Of a DNA stretch of 64,000 nucleotides, positions 1-9,775 are shown in pieces. Position 1 is the first letter of the stretch. Each line of letters begins with the position of its first letter. The position numbers and the translations under genes are program-made. The notes beneath the pieces were generated by a model. That model searched no databases, was not told the origin of the DNA, and worked only from the letters and a program-made list of their open reading frames with translations. Origin of the DNA: an uncultured delta proteobacterium (GTDB taxonomy: Bacteria; Myxococcota; UBA727; VGSZ01); NCBI GenBank assembly GCA_963775425.1, contig CAVZJB010000009.1, forward strand, positions 160,001-224,000. The letters run 5' to 3'.

Positions 1-117
1 TCGCGACGTCGGCGACGTCGACGACCCGCCGGGGCTTCACGCAGCCGACGTGAGGCGCCGCCGGCGGGGCTTGACGTCGGCTGCGTCGACGCCCCGGCGG
101 GGCTGCGTCGACGCCCC

Positions 118-140
118 GTAGGGCGGGGGCTTGTCCCCCG
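118..140 (+). repeat. GTAG-type REP-like palindrome
   Basis: GTAGGGCGGGGGCTTGTCCCCCG; identical 23-mer at 9877-9899, variant at 5057-5077. Confidence 0.7.
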
Positions 141-156
141 TGTCGGAAGGCCAGGC

Positions 157-287
157 GCGGACGTTGCCGGTGCCGTCCGACGCGCTGAGCCGCGTTCCCC
201 GCGCGGAGGGCGCGGACGTGCCGTGTCGACGCGTGCGGCGACGACGGCGCCGGTCGTCGCCCCGCCGTGAATGTCGTCACGCCGCTC
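157..287. repeat. Intergenic mosaic repeat (second copy at ~49917-50189)
   Basis: GAGCCGCGTTCCCC..GAGGGCGCGGACGTGCCGTGTCGACGCGTGCGGCGACGACGG matches the reverse complement of ~49965-50045; CGCGGACGTTGCCGGTG matches the reverse complement of ~50173-50189. Confidence 0.75.
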
Positions 288-290
288 AAA

Positions 291-1064
291 TCAGCGCAAC
301 GAGAACAGCGTGGCGTCGAAGTGGACGCCCTTTTCGACCTCTCTGACGTTCGAACGGCGGACGAGCTTGCCGTCGCTCCAGACCTCGATCGACGCCGGGA
401 ACCAATTGCCGCCGATGGGCGAGCCCCAGCCGAGGTAGCGGACGTCGGTGCGGCGCACGGCGTCGCCGACCTTCTGCACCATCACCACGCGCACGAGCAG
501 GAGGGTGTCCTTGTCGAGCCAGATCTGCGGCTTGTCGTTCTCCCAGGGCTTGCTGCCGATGAGGTAGGCGACGCGGCCGTCGAAGCGGGCGAAGCTCACC
601 ACCTCGGGGTTCACGCCGATGAGCTTCATGTCCTTCATGAAGCGATCGACGGCCTGGTCGTCGGACAGCGGCGGGTTCGCCGTGATCTGATCGACGAGCA
701 AATCCACCGGCGCCGCCGCCGTCTTCCCCGCCGCGAGCACCTTGCTGCCGACGCGCACCTCGACGGTCTCGTCGTCGCCGCTGTCCATCTCCTTGCGGAC
801 GCTCCCCGGCGCCTCGACGAGCCAGCGCTCGACGACGGGCATGCCCCGCGGCGCGCCCGTGAGCTCGAAGCTCTGCGTGTCCATCTCGACGCGGAGCGTC
901 TTTGCCCCGCGGTCGAACTGCCGCTCCATGGCCCGCTGCAACAGCACCGTCGCCGGCGGCCGGTACGCCTGCGCCGCCGCCGCCCACGTCAGCGCGATCG
1001 CCGCGGCGAGCAGGGCGGTGGCGCGCCCGGCGGGCGCTCCACGACGAGGACACGGCGCGTTCAT
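291..1064 (-). CDS. Exported protein, possible LolA-like/outer-membrane lipoprotein-sorting fold
   Basis: ATG at 1064 overlaps the galU stop (ATGA); signal peptide ending AAQA; IWLDKDTLLLVR and C-terminal FDATLF resemble LolA-like proteins. Confidence 0.65.
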   Translation of the reverse strand: MNAPCPRRGAPAGRATALLAAAIALTWAAAAQAYRPPATVLLQRAMERQFDRGAKTLRVEMDTQSFELTGAPRGMPVVERWLVEAPGSVRKEMDSGDDETVEVRVGSKVLAAGKTAAAPVDLLVDQITANPPLSDDQAVDRFMKDMKLIGVNPEVVSFARFDGRVAYLIGSKPWENDKPQIWLDKDTLLLVRVVMVQKVGDAVRRTDVRYLGWGSPIGGNWFPASIEVWSDGKLVRRSNVREVEKGVHFDATLFSLR

Positions 1065-1948
1065 CGGGCCTCCTCGAGCAGGCCGCGCATCAGCGCGGTG
1101 ACGCCTTTGGCGAGGTCGGGGCGGGAGAGCGCCTCGAGGAGGTTGGCTTCGAGGTAGCCGAGCTTGTCGCCGGCGTCGACGCGGCGGCCCGCGAACTTGC
1201 AGCCCATGAGCCCGTCCTGCGCGCGCAGCGCCTCGAGGGCGTCGGTGAGCTGGATCTCGCCGCCCTTGCCGGGCTTCGTCCCCTCGAGGAGCCCCCAAAT
1301 CTTCGGCGGCAGGACGTAGCGGCCTATGATGGCCTGGTCCGTCTTCTCGGTGCCCTTGGGCGGCTTCTCGACGAGGGCGCTGATGTGGAACTGCGACGCG
1401 TCGGCGGCGTCGACCTTGCCTTCGGCCGCGCCGTACTTGTGGATCTCGTCGAGGGGAACGGTCATCAACGCCACTTGCGCCTTGGACGTCTTTTCAAACG
1501 CGTCGATGAGCTGGCCGATTCCGGTGCGCGCGCCGGGCGCGGTGCGCACGAGGTCGTCGCCGAGGAGCACCGCGAAGGGCTCGTCGCCGATCAAAGGCTT
1601 GGCGCACAGGACGGCGTGGCCGAGGCCGAGCGGCGCCTTCTGGCGCACGCTCGAGATGGAGCCCATGTGCGAGATCTTGCGGACCATCTCGAGGTCGGCG
1701 GTCTTGCCGCGCTTTTCGAGCGTGTCCTCGAGCTCGTAGCTCGCGTCGAAGTGGTCCTCGATGGCGCCCTTGTAGCGGCCCTGCACGAGGACGATGTGCT
1801 CGACGCCCGCGGCGAAGGCCTCTTCGACGATGTACTGCAGCGTCGGCTTGTCGACGATGGGCAGCATCTCCTTGGGCACCGCTTTGGTGGCGGGGAGAAA
1901 CCGGGTGCCGAGACCGGCGACGGGGATGACGGCTTTCCGCACTCGCAT
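1061..1948 (-). CDS. galU: UTP--glucose-1-phosphate uridylyltransferase
   Basis: KAVIPVAGLGTRFLPATKAVPKEMLPIVDKP, GLGHAVL, VEKP, GEIQLTDA motifs. Confidence 0.97.
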   Translation of the reverse strand: MRVRKAVIPVAGLGTRFLPATKAVPKEMLPIVDKPTLQYIVEEAFAAGVEHIVLVQGRYKGAIEDHFDASYELEDTLEKRGKTADLEMVRKISHMGSISSVRQKAPLGLGHAVLCAKPLIGDEPFAVLLGDDLVRTAPGARTGIGQLIDAFEKTSKAQVALMTVPLDEIHKYGAAEGKVDAADASQFHISALVEKPPKGTEKTDQAIIGRYVLPPKIWGLLEGTKPGKGGEIQLTDALEALRAQDGLMGCKFAGRRVDAGDKLGYLEANLLEALSRPDLAKGVTALMRGLLEEAR

Positions 1949-2024
1949 ACCCGGTTGCTACCACAGCGCCGCGCCCGGCGGTCACGCGAGACCCATCGGC
2001 GCCGTCGCTCGCTCCGGTCGCCGC

Positions 2025-2825
2025 TCAGCCGCCGGAGAACCTTCGCCACGACGACGACGCGGCGAGCCTGGGGCCGGCGAGCGGCTTGTGCGGGAAGTAG
2101 AGCTTCCTGACGAAGCGTGTGAACAGGTGGTCTTCGTTCCACTGGCGCCGCACGAAGCCGTAGATGCCGGGGGCGCGCCGCTCGAGCTCCGAGAAGTCCT
2201 TGCAGAGCTCCCGCTCGGTGTAGATGGCGAACGCTTCGTCCATCGACGACCGATCGACGAACGTCGGGCGCAGGACGCCGTAGACGAGCGCGCGCTCCCT
2301 CTCCGTGAGCGCGAGCGCGTGTACCGCGTGCCCCACCTCGTGCACCACGAGCACCTCGTCGTCGTCGAGGTGCTCCGAGCGAAGCGCGATGCGGGCCTCC
2401 GGCCACGACGGGTGATCCCAAAACAGCCCCGACGCGCGCTCGTTGGTCGCCCGCGGGAAGCCGAGCGCCACGAAGCTCTCCCGCGGCGCGAGCACGTCGA
2501 CGCGGATGGGCCGCGCCTCCATCATGCGCGCGCACAGCACGGCGTTTCCCGCGAGCACCCGCGCGGCCTCCGCCCGCACGCGCTGCCGATCCGCCTTCGC
2601 GGCGCCGTCGAAGAGCAGCCGCTCCTTCGCCCACGCCGCCGCCCGCTCCGCCCGGTCGGCGACGGCCTTCGCGGACGTGCCGGCAGGCGCGTCGAACGCG
2701 TCGCCGCCCTCGAGGAGGGCCATCGCCGCCAGCGGCAGCGCGCGCGCGCGCGCCTCGGCGAGCGTCCTCGACGACGGGCGCGAGCCGTCTGTGGTCTCGA
2801 AGCGGCTTCGGAGGTCGAAGCCCAC
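2025..2825 (-). CDS. Putative zinc metallopeptidase (HExxH, lethal-factor/MtfA-like)
   Basis: VVHEVGHAVH followed by DEAFA third-ligand-like motif. Confidence 0.6.
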   Translation of the reverse strand: MGFDLRSRFETTDGSRPSSRTLAEARARALPLAAMALLEGGDAFDAPAGTSAKAVADRAERAAAWAKERLLFDGAAKADRQRVRAEAARVLAGNAVLCARMMEARPIRVDVLAPRESFVALGFPRATNERASGLFWDHPSWPEARIALRSEHLDDDEVLVVHEVGHAVHALALTERERALVYGVLRPTFVDRSSMDEAFAIYTERELCKDFSELERRAPGIYGFVRRQWNEDHLFTRFVRKLYFPHKPLAGPRLAASSSWRRFSGG

Positions 2826-2829
2826 GCGC

Positions 2830-3057
2830 TCAGAAGCGCTGGCCGGCGGCCTTGGCGAGCGGGGCGTTCACGGCCTCGAGCGGCACCTCCACGAGCCTGG
2901 CGCGGTCGGCGGAGGACACGGGGTGCAAGCCGGCGGCGGCCACCGGGAGCTGGTTGGACGTGTTGCCCGGGAGGCAGCAGTACAGGCAATCGAGTGGGCA
3001 GCAGCCGCCGAGGGCGGCGACCGCGAGAACCATCAATCCGGATGCCACGAAACGCAT
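2830..3057 (-). CDS. Small Cys-rich lipoprotein
   Basis: RBS AAGGGG; MRFVASGLMVLAVAALGGC lipobox, then CPLDCLYCC. Confidence 0.6.
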   Translation of the reverse strand: MRFVASGLMVLAVAALGGCCPLDCLYCCLPGNTSNQLPVAAAGLHPVSSADRARLVEVPLEAVNAPLAKAAGQRF

Positions 3058-3086
3058 TCGGTCCCCTTTTTCTTTTGTACGACGCC

Positions 3087-4646
3087 TCATTCGGCGTCGA
3101 GCTGGTCGAGGTCGGCGGACTTGCTGCCGGTCTCGACGTCCCCATTCAGCAGCGTGAAGGCGATCTCCACCGCCTTCTTGGCCTTCTCGCGCACGGTCTC
3201 TTCCGTCTTCAGGCGCTGGTACGCCTTGAGCGCCCGGTCTTCCTGGTTCCTGACCTCGCTCTCGAGCTCGTTGACGCGCGTCTCCATCTGCTGCCGCTGC
3301 TTCTTGTGCTCTTCGATGTCGCTCTTGGCGCGATCGACGTCCACCTTGAGCTTGTCCTCGAACGCCTTGGCGCGATCGAGGTCGTTCTTTGCCCCCTCGA
3401 GGGCGGCGCGGGCCTCGTCGCGCTCGGCCTCGGCCTGGCGCATACGGCCCTGCACCTGCCGCTCGAGCTCGTCGCGCTCCTCGGTGATGGCGGAGAGCTT
3501 GGCGTTGAGCGCGGACAGCTCGACGTCCTTCTTGTTGGCCACGTCGAGCTTCTGCTGCACCTCGGCGCGCACCGCCTCGATCTGCTCCTGCAGATCGACG
3601 TTGGTCTTCTCCTTCTCGAAGACTTCGTCCTTGAGGGCGCCAATCTCCTTCTCCTTGGCCCGCACCTGTTCTTTGAGGTTGAGCACGTCGCGCGCCGACG
3701 ACGCGCCGCCGCCGCCGGCCGCCGCCGCAATCTGCGCGTCCTTGGCCTTGTTGCTCTCCTCGGCGGCGCGCAGGCGCGCCTCGAGCTCGGCGACCTTGGC
3801 CTTGAGGTCGGTGTTGTCGTGTCGAAGCTGGGCGAGCGCCTGGAGGTCGGCCGCGGACGCCGACGGCGAGGGAGGCGTGGTGGTCGCGGGCGCCTTTTGC
3901 GCCGGCGCGGGCTTCGCGGGCTCCGGGGCCGGCTCCGGCGCGGCGCCGGCGTCGAGGTCGAAGTTCTGGTCGAAGTTGAGCCCGTCGTCCTGCACGGCCG
4001 GCCCGAGGTCGAGCTCGTCGATGCTCGGCACCGGGGCGCCCGTCGGCGCGTCGCCGCCAATCTCGTCGAAGCCGGCGAGCAGGTCGTCCTCGGGGGACAG
4101 CGAGCCGCCCGCGTCGACGTCGAGGGACGCGAATTCGGCGTCGTCGAGCTTGACCTCGCTCTCCCCACCCGTGGAGGCGGGGCCGAGGTCGAGGTCGGCG
4201 CCGAGGGAGTCGAGGGCGTCGAACGCGTCGTCGTCCGCGGCGGCGGGGGCCGCGCCGGCGCCGTTGGCCTCGGGCACGGCGATGTTGAGCGCGGCGATCT
4301 TCTCGACGAGCTCTCCGTCCGAGAAGGGCTTGATCAGGTAGTCCTCGGCGCGCGTCTTGAGCTTCTTGTGCTGCGCGAAGGTCTCCGGCGTCGCCTCCTT
4401 GGACGTGATGATCAGCGGGATGGTCTTGAGGTCCGTGTCCTTCTTGAGCTTGTTGCAGATGGAGTAGCCGCTCATCTTGGGCAGCTCCACGCAGAGGATG
4501 ATCAAGTCGGGGCGGTTGTCCCTCGCGTAGTCGAGGCCGTCCTTCCCGTCGTCGAGGAGCTTGACCGAAAAACCGCGCCCTGTGAGCGACCCCGCCAACT
4601 GCTCGGCGAAGGGCTGCTCGGCGTCGATGAGAAGAATCCCACTCAC
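3087..4646 (-). CDS. frzS: FrzS-like pseudo-receiver/coiled-coil protein
   Basis: GTG start with AGGAG RBS; receiver fold with Cys at the phospho-Asp position (LIILCVEL); GYSICNKLKKDTDLK and FAQHKKLK match my recollection of M. xanthus FrzS; acidic linker; long C-terminal coiled coil. Confidence 0.75.
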   Translation of the reverse strand: MSGILLIDAEQPFAEQLAGSLTGRGFSVKLLDDGKDGLDYARDNRPDLIILCVELPKMSGYSICNKLKKDTDLKTIPLIITSKEATPETFAQHKKLKTRAEDYLIKPFSDGELVEKIAALNIAVPEANGAGAAPAAADDDAFDALDSLGADLDLGPASTGGESEVKLDDAEFASLDVDAGGSLSPEDDLLAGFDEIGGDAPTGAPVPSIDELDLGPAVQDDGLNFDQNFDLDAGAAPEPAPEPAKPAPAQKAPATTTPPSPSASAADLQALAQLRHDNTDLKAKVAELEARLRAAEESNKAKDAQIAAAAGGGGASSARDVLNLKEQVRAKEKEIGALKDEVFEKEKTNVDLQEQIEAVRAEVQQKLDVANKKDVELSALNAKLSAITEERDELERQVQGRMRQAEAERDEARAALEGAKNDLDRAKAFEDKLKVDVDRAKSDIEEHKKQRQQMETRVNELESEVRNQEDRALKAYQRLKTEETVREKAKKAVEIAFTLLNGDVETGSKSADLDQLDAE

Positions 4647-4751
4647 ACGCACGCTCCTGGAGATCTGTCCGGACCTTATGTTGCAGGGCCGGGTGCCGTC
4701 AAAGCCGTGGAATCCTTGCCTCGACGTGGGGTGGGATGCTAACCGCTTGTC

Positions 4752-5060
4752 GTGGCTGAAAAGAAGACCAAGAACGAGGACGAGTTCTTCGCCCGCGAGG
4801 AAGCCGAGAAGCTTCACCGCCTCCACACCGAGAAGCTGCGGGCTTTGTCCCAGCAGGACGCGGAGGAGCAGAAGAAGCTGCACTGGATGAAGTGCGGCAA
4901 GTGCGGCTACGACCTCGAGACCATCCGCTGGCGCAGCGTCGATGTCGAGAAGTGCTTCCGCTGCGGCGCGATCGTGCTCGACGACGGGGAGCTCGAGAAG
5001 CTCGCCGGCCGCGAGGAAGCGGGCCAGTTCATGTCGTCCTTCATCGGCCTCTTCAAGTAG
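4752..5060 (+). CDS. zf-TFIIB-type zinc-ribbon protein
   Basis: EDEFFAREE N-terminus; CGKC...CFRCGAIVLDDGELEKL. Confidence 0.85.
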   Translation: MAEKKTKNEDEFFAREEAEKLHRLHTEKLRALSQQDAEEQKKLHWMKCGKCGYDLETIRWRSVDVEKCFRCGAIVLDDGELEKLAGREEAGQFMSSFIGLFK

Positions 5061-5077
5061 GGCGGGGGCTCGCCCCG
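5057..5077 (+). repeat. GTAG-type REP-like palindrome overlapping a TAG stop
   Basis: GTAGGGCGGGGGCTCGCCCCG between convergent genes. Confidence 0.55.
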
Positions 5078-5088
5078 CGGTCGCTGGG

Positions 5089-5979
5089 CTAGCTCGTCGG
5101 ACGGGCGCTCGGCGCCGGTGGCGTCTCGGCGCGCTCGAGCGTGCGGCGCCGCTTGAAGAAGACCACCTCTTCGACGAGCCCGAGGCTGATGTAGGCGCCC
5201 ACGGCGAGGACGAGGGTGACGCTGGCCTTGAACAGGGCCACGGCGGCGGCCAGGATCAGCATCACGGACAAGAGGATGGGCGTGGTCTTCACGCTCGGCC
5301 GGAAGTCCTTGAACGTGCGAAAGCGCACCCGGCTGACCATCAGGTAGGACAAGACCAGCACGAGCAAGGCCACCGTGCCTTTGGCGCGCACGCTCTCGTG
5401 GATCCACAGCGACTGCGCGATGACGACGGAGACGAGCATCATGGCGGCGCCCGGGATGGGCAGCCCGATGAAGTACTTCGAGGAGCCGTGGCCCCGGGCG
5501 GCGAGCACGTTGAAGCGCGCGAGGCGGATGGCGCCGCAGGCGGCGAACACGAAGCTGACGAACAGGCCGACGTCGAAGCCCCCGATGCGCAGGTCCTCGA
5601 GGCCCCACGAGTAGACCATGATGGCGGGGGCGACGCCGAAGCTGATGACGTCGGCGAGCGAGTCCATCTGCACGCCGAAGTCGCTCTGCGTGCGCGTGAG
5701 GCGCGCGACGCGTCCGTCGAACGCGTCGAAGAACGCCGCGAAGAACAGCGCGACCGCGGCCTGGTAGAAGGCCTCGGGGCCGCCGCGCGACGTCGAGCGC
5801 ATGATCGAGAAGAAGCCGCAGAAGATCGACGACAGCGTGAAGGCGTTCGGCAGGATGAACAGCGCCTTGCGCAGGTCGAACGGCGGCTTTCGCCGCGGCC
5901 GCTCGATGCCGCCGGTGCGCAGCCGTCGACGAAAGAGCCGCCTGCGTTGGCGCGCCTCCGCGGGCGAGCCGTCGGTCAC
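5089..5979 (-). CDS. pssA: CDP-diacylglycerol--serine O-phosphatidyltransferase
   Basis: LPNAFT; DAFDGRVARLTRTQSDFGVQMDSLADVISFGVAP CDP-alcohol motif; RLARFN. Confidence 0.93.
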   Translation of the reverse strand: MTDGSPAEARQRRRLFRRRLRTGGIERPRRKPPFDLRKALFILPNAFTLSSIFCGFFSIMRSTSRGGPEAFYQAAVALFFAAFFDAFDGRVARLTRTQSDFGVQMDSLADVISFGVAPAIMVYSWGLEDLRIGGFDVGLFVSFVFAACGAIRLARFNVLAARGHGSSKYFIGLPIPGAAMMLVSVVIAQSLWIHESVRAKGTVALLVLVLSYLMVSRVRFRTFKDFRPSVKTTPILLSVMLILAAAVALFKASVTLVLAVGAYISLGLVEEVVFFKRRRTLERAETPPAPSARPTS

Positions 5980-6269
5980 GGCGTTGTCCCGGCGTCCTCG
6001 GGCACGAAGCCGCAGGCGTCGAGCTTGTTCTCATCAATCGCGTCGCACGTGCAGGTGTCGAGCTTCTGCGAGCAGAAGGCGCGGTCCGCGTCCGTGATCT
6101 GGATGGTGCTCTGCTGGTTCACGATGCGGTCGGTGCGGCAGGACGTCTGCGCCGTGGAGTTCGGCTGGCAGTTGCAGATGCGGTCCGCGAGGACCTTGCA
6201 CGGATCTTCGCAGCCCGCGGAGAGGAACGCAGCGACGACGACAACGCCGACGAACGGAAGGAACCGCAC
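5976..6269 (-). CDS. Small Cys-rich lipoprotein
   Basis: Lipobox LSAGC, then CEDPCKVLADRICNC and further Cys; stop overlaps pssA start; start codon uncertain. Confidence 0.7.
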   Translation of the reverse strand: MRFLPFVGVVVVAAFLSAGCEDPCKVLADRICNCQPNSTAQTSCRTDRIVNQQSTIQITDADRAFCSQKLDTCTCDAIDENKLDACGFVPEDAGTTP

Positions 6270-6279
6270 AAAGGGGGGC

Positions 6280-6867
6280 CTAGCCTGCGAGGAAGTCGAG
6301 CGCAAGGCGTGCGACCTCGGCGTCGTTCATGATGAACGTGTGAATCGCAGGCACCTCCACGTGGGGCACGCCGGGCAGCCGGGTCTCCTCCACGCGGACC
6401 ACGCCGTCGGACGGCTCCCCCTTGAACGGCAGCCACGCCGCCCGCGGGCCGCGGTTGCCGGCGATGACCAGGGTGGGGACGTCAGGCACGGGCAGGCGCG
6501 CGTAGAATTGCTCGTCGAGGAGCTTCTTGCCGGCGTCGCGGGTGAGCACCTTGAACAGCGGGTTTCCCTCGAGGGCCCGCGCCATCACCGGGGGTTGGTT
6601 GGGCGGGGCGAGCATGATCATGCGCGCGAGCCCGGGCAGGGGCAGGGCCAGGCGCGCGATGACGTTTCCGAGCGAATGGCCGATGAGCGCGTAGCCCTCG
6701 GCGTCGCCGATGAAGAGCTTGAGCTTGTGGGCGATGACGTCGACCGGGTCGCGCGTGACGAAGTAGCCGAACGCGGAGACCTCGTGGCCGGCGGCGCGCA
6801 GCCGGCGCGCGAGGAGGCCCATCGACACCGACGTGCGGCCCATGCCGTGGATCAGGAAGACGCGCAC
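6280..6867 (-). CDS. Alpha/beta hydrolase (lipase-like)
   Basis: LIHGMG oxyanion motif, GHSLG nucleophile, SDGVV, HTF; true gene is the 3' end of the long track ORF. Confidence 0.88.
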   Translation of the reverse strand: MRVFLIHGMGRTSVSMGLLARRLRAAGHEVSAFGYFVTRDPVDVIAHKLKLFIGDAEGYALIGHSLGNVIARLALPLPGLARMIMLAPPNQPPVMARALEGNPLFKVLTRDAGKKLLDEQFYARLPVPDVPTLVIAGNRGPRAAWLPFKGEPSDGVVRVEETRLPGVPHVEVPAIHTFIMNDAEVARLALDFLAG

Positions 6868-6906
6868 GGCCGGCAGCTTACAGCGCGGTCGCGTTAGGAT
6901 TGAACG

Positions 6907-8349
6907 GTGTTGTATCGCGCGGTCGTCGGCTTCCTCACCCTCGTGACGCGCGTATTCTTTCGCAGCGTCGAGGTGAGCGGCCTCGAAAACGTCCCCGCCG
7001 ACGGCCCGGTCATCTTCGTCGGCAACCACCCCAACTCGCTGCTCGACCCCGTCCTCGTGATCACCACCTGCCGGCGGCCGGTGGCCTTCGCGGCCAAGGA
7101 GACGCTCTTCAAGGGGCCGCTCAACCCCTTCCTCAAGGCCCTCGGCGCGGTCCCCATCAAGCGGCGGCAGGACCAGGTCCCCGGCGCCGCCGAGGACGCC
7201 CCGGCCGCAGACGCGCCCGCCCGCGTCGACAACAGCGAGGCGTTCTCCGCGCTCCACGCCGTGCTCGAGGGCGGCGGCGCGTTCGGCATCTTCCCGGAGG
7301 GCATCTCGCACACGCGCCCGGAGCTCGCGCCCTTGAAGACCGGCGCCGCGCGCATCGCGCTCGGCGCCGCCGACAAGGGCGTGCCGGTGCGCATCGTCCC
7401 GGTGGGCCTCACCTACCGCCGCCGCGACCGGATGCGCAGCCGGGTGCTGGTGCAGTTCGGGCCGCCGCTCGTCGTCGAGCCCGCGCCGGCGGCGGAGGCA
7501 GAGGAAAGCGCGGAGTCGTCCCTCGACCGCGCGCGCCGGCTGACGGGACGGATCGGGCAGGCGCTGCGCGCGCAGACCATCAACGCCGCCGACTTCGAGA
7601 CCATCCGCGTCCTCGACGGCGTCCGCCGTTTGTACAAGCCCGACAACGTCGACCTCACGCTCGCGCAGCGCGCGGAGCTGATGCGGCGCTTCATCAATCA
7701 TTGGGAGCGCTTCCGGCACGAGCCGGAGATCCGCGCCTTCTACGGCGACGTCGAGTCGTACCTGCTGTCGCTGCGCGCGCTCGGTCTGACGGACACGGAC
7801 CTGCGCGGCGATCCCACGTCGCTCATCAACCGCGCCGCCTTCGTCATCAAGCACCTGGTGTTCTCCCTCGTGCTCGTGCCGGCGGCCATCCCCGGCGTCG
7901 TCATCCACGCCCCGGTGCTCGTCGCGGCGGTCTGGGCGGGGCAGGCCCTGACCTCGCGGGGCGACGTCCGGGCGACCATCAAGATGTGCGCGGCCACGCT
8001 GTTGACGCTGGCGGCCTACGCCGTCGTCGCGGGCCTGGTGCTCGTGAGGGTCCCGCCGCCCGGGGGCCTGGCCGCCGCCGGCACCACCCTCCTGGCGCTC
8101 CTGTTGTCCGGGTACGCGACCATCCGGGTTCTGGAGAAGCAGAGCGAGCTGCGCCGGGGCCTGTCCACGCTGCTCGCCCTGCTCCACCTCGACGATGAGA
8201 TCGCCCGGCTCGCCGCCGAGCGCGAGCGGCTCCGCGCCCGGCTCCTGGGGCTCATCGACGCCTACCTGGGCGAGGACGTCCCCCGCATCATCGACCGGGC
8301 GGCGCACGACGACGCCAAGGCCTGGCTCGACGCCGACGATCTCGATTGA
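6907..8349 (+). CDS. Phospholipid/glycerol acyltransferase with C-terminal TM segments
   Basis: NHPNSLLD (HxxxxD), FAAK, IFPEG, KTGAAR, IVPVGL. Confidence 0.9.
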   Translation: MLYRAVVGFLTLVTRVFFRSVEVSGLENVPADGPVIFVGNHPNSLLDPVLVITTCRRPVAFAAKETLFKGPLNPFLKALGAVPIKRRQDQVPGAAEDAPAADAPARVDNSEAFSALHAVLEGGGAFGIFPEGISHTRPELAPLKTGAARIALGAADKGVPVRIVPVGLTYRRRDRMRSRVLVQFGPPLVVEPAPAAEAEESAESSLDRARRLTGRIGQALRAQTINAADFETIRVLDGVRRLYKPDNVDLTLAQRAELMRRFINHWERFRHEPEIRAFYGDVESYLLSLRALGLTDTDLRGDPTSLINRAAFVIKHLVFSLVLVPAAIPGVVIHAPVLVAAVWAGQALTSRGDVRATIKMCAATLLTLAAYAVVAGLVLVRVPPPGGLAAAGTTLLALLLSGYATIRVLEKQSELRRGLSTLLALLHLDDEIARLAAERERLRARLLGLIDAYLGEDVPRIIDRAAHDDAKAWLDADDLD

Positions 8350-8374
8350 GCGCGCTCGACGGCGACCCCAAACG

Positions 8375-9736
8375 ATGCCAATGTCCGCCATCGTGACAGA
8401 CGGGGAACCCGAATCGCCGCCGGTGCGCAAGAAGCGCGATCCGAACGAGCTGCGCGTCGCGCGGTACGAAGGGCCGCAGCCGCCGCCCGAGGTGCCGCTG
8501 TACCGCGCGCACAGCACGCCGGGCGCCGGCGACCTCCAGTTCGGCGTCGCCGACGAGAGCGAGCCCCCGCTCGATCTCCCCGCGGGCCCCGCGGGCGAGG
8601 CCGAGCTCGCGCTCGGCCGCGCCGATCCGCAGGCGGCGCGCGCCGCCGTCGAGGCCGCTGACATCCCCGCGGAGATCGCCCGCGCCGTCCGCGCCCGCGC
8701 CGCGCTGATGGCCGGCGACGTCGACGAGGCCAAGGTGCAGCTCGGCAACGAGCGGGACATGCCCGCCTTCGCCGTGGCCGACGCCGCCCTCGCGCTCGCC
8801 GAGGGCGACGCCGCCCGCGCCGCCCGCCGCGTCGCCGACGCGCTGTTCAGCCGGCCCAACGGGCTCGCCGAGCGGTACCTGTTTGCCCTCGTCAAGGTCG
8901 CCGAGGGCGACATGGCCGAGGCCGGCTCGGCGCTCTCCGACGTCGCGCGCTCCGCGCCGACGCACGCCGTCGCCCGCTACCAGCTCGGCCAGATCCTCCT
9001 CGCCACGGGTGATCCCGCGCGCGCCGGGACGCTGTTCGAGATGTCCTGGCAGCTCCAGCCCACGTTCGTGGCGCCGGCGCTCGCCCTCGCCGAGATGCTC
9101 GCCGACAGCCGCCAGTACGGCGAGGCCTTGAACCTCGTCACCGCCGTGTGCGACGCGGCCCCCGACGCCCTCGCGCCGCGCTCGCTGCAACTGCGCGTGC
9201 TGCTCGAGGTGGGCGAGCGGGAGGCGGCGCTTCAACTGTCGTCGATGTTGCACGACAAGTTGCCGGCCGACGTCGACATCGCGCTCCTGCACGCGGAGGC
9301 GCTCGCGGAAAACGACAAGCCCGAGGACGCCAAGGCCGTGCTCGACGCGCTCTTGCAGGGGCCGAGCCCCACGGCCATCCAGCAGCGCGCCCGCCGTCAG
9401 CTCGCCCGCATCGCGCTGGCCGAGCGTCCCCCGCGCGCCGCCGACGCCATCGCGCTCATGAAGGAGGCGGCCCGCGCGGGCGGCGCCCTCCTCGGCGAGC
9501 TCTGCATCGAGATGTTCCACGTCTGCATCGCCGTGGGCCGCAGGAGCGACGCCGAAGAGGCCCTCGAGATCCTCTCGGAGGCAGGCGACGTCGGCGCCCT
9601 GATCTCCGGCGCCATCCTCGCCCGCAGCCACGCCATGTGGACCTGGGCGCGCAAGCTCGGCGAGCAGGCCCGCGGCCACGTCGCCGGCTCCCCCGCAGAA
9701 GCCCAGCTCGAAGGCTTCCTCGCCACCCTGCCGTAA
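8375..9736 (+). CDS. TPR-repeat protein
   Basis: Helical repeats such as APTHAVARYQLGQILLATGDPARA; start 8375 or 8381. Confidence 0.75.
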   Translation: MPMSAIVTDGEPESPPVRKKRDPNELRVARYEGPQPPPEVPLYRAHSTPGAGDLQFGVADESEPPLDLPAGPAGEAELALGRADPQAARAAVEAADIPAEIARAVRARAALMAGDVDEAKVQLGNERDMPAFAVADAALALAEGDAARAARRVADALFSRPNGLAERYLFALVKVAEGDMAEAGSALSDVARSAPTHAVARYQLGQILLATGDPARAGTLFEMSWQLQPTFVAPALALAEMLADSRQYGEALNLVTAVCDAAPDALAPRSLQLRVLLEVGEREAALQLSSMLHDKLPADVDIALLHAEALAENDKPEDAKAVLDALLQGPSPTAIQQRARRQLARIALAERPPRAADAIALMKEAARAGGALLGELCIEMFHVCIAVGRRSDAEEALEILSEAGDVGALISGAILARSHAMWTWARKLGEQARGHVAGSPAEAQLEGFLATLP

Positions 9737-9775
9737 TCGTGAGGGCGCGCTGCGCGCGCCGATTCAGCGGCTTGT

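Noticed and set aside
1-117. Imperfect ~70-bp hairpin (27-99) and a short ~20-bp duplication at the window start
   Set aside because: Truncated by the window edge; cannot tell a gene end from repeat DNA
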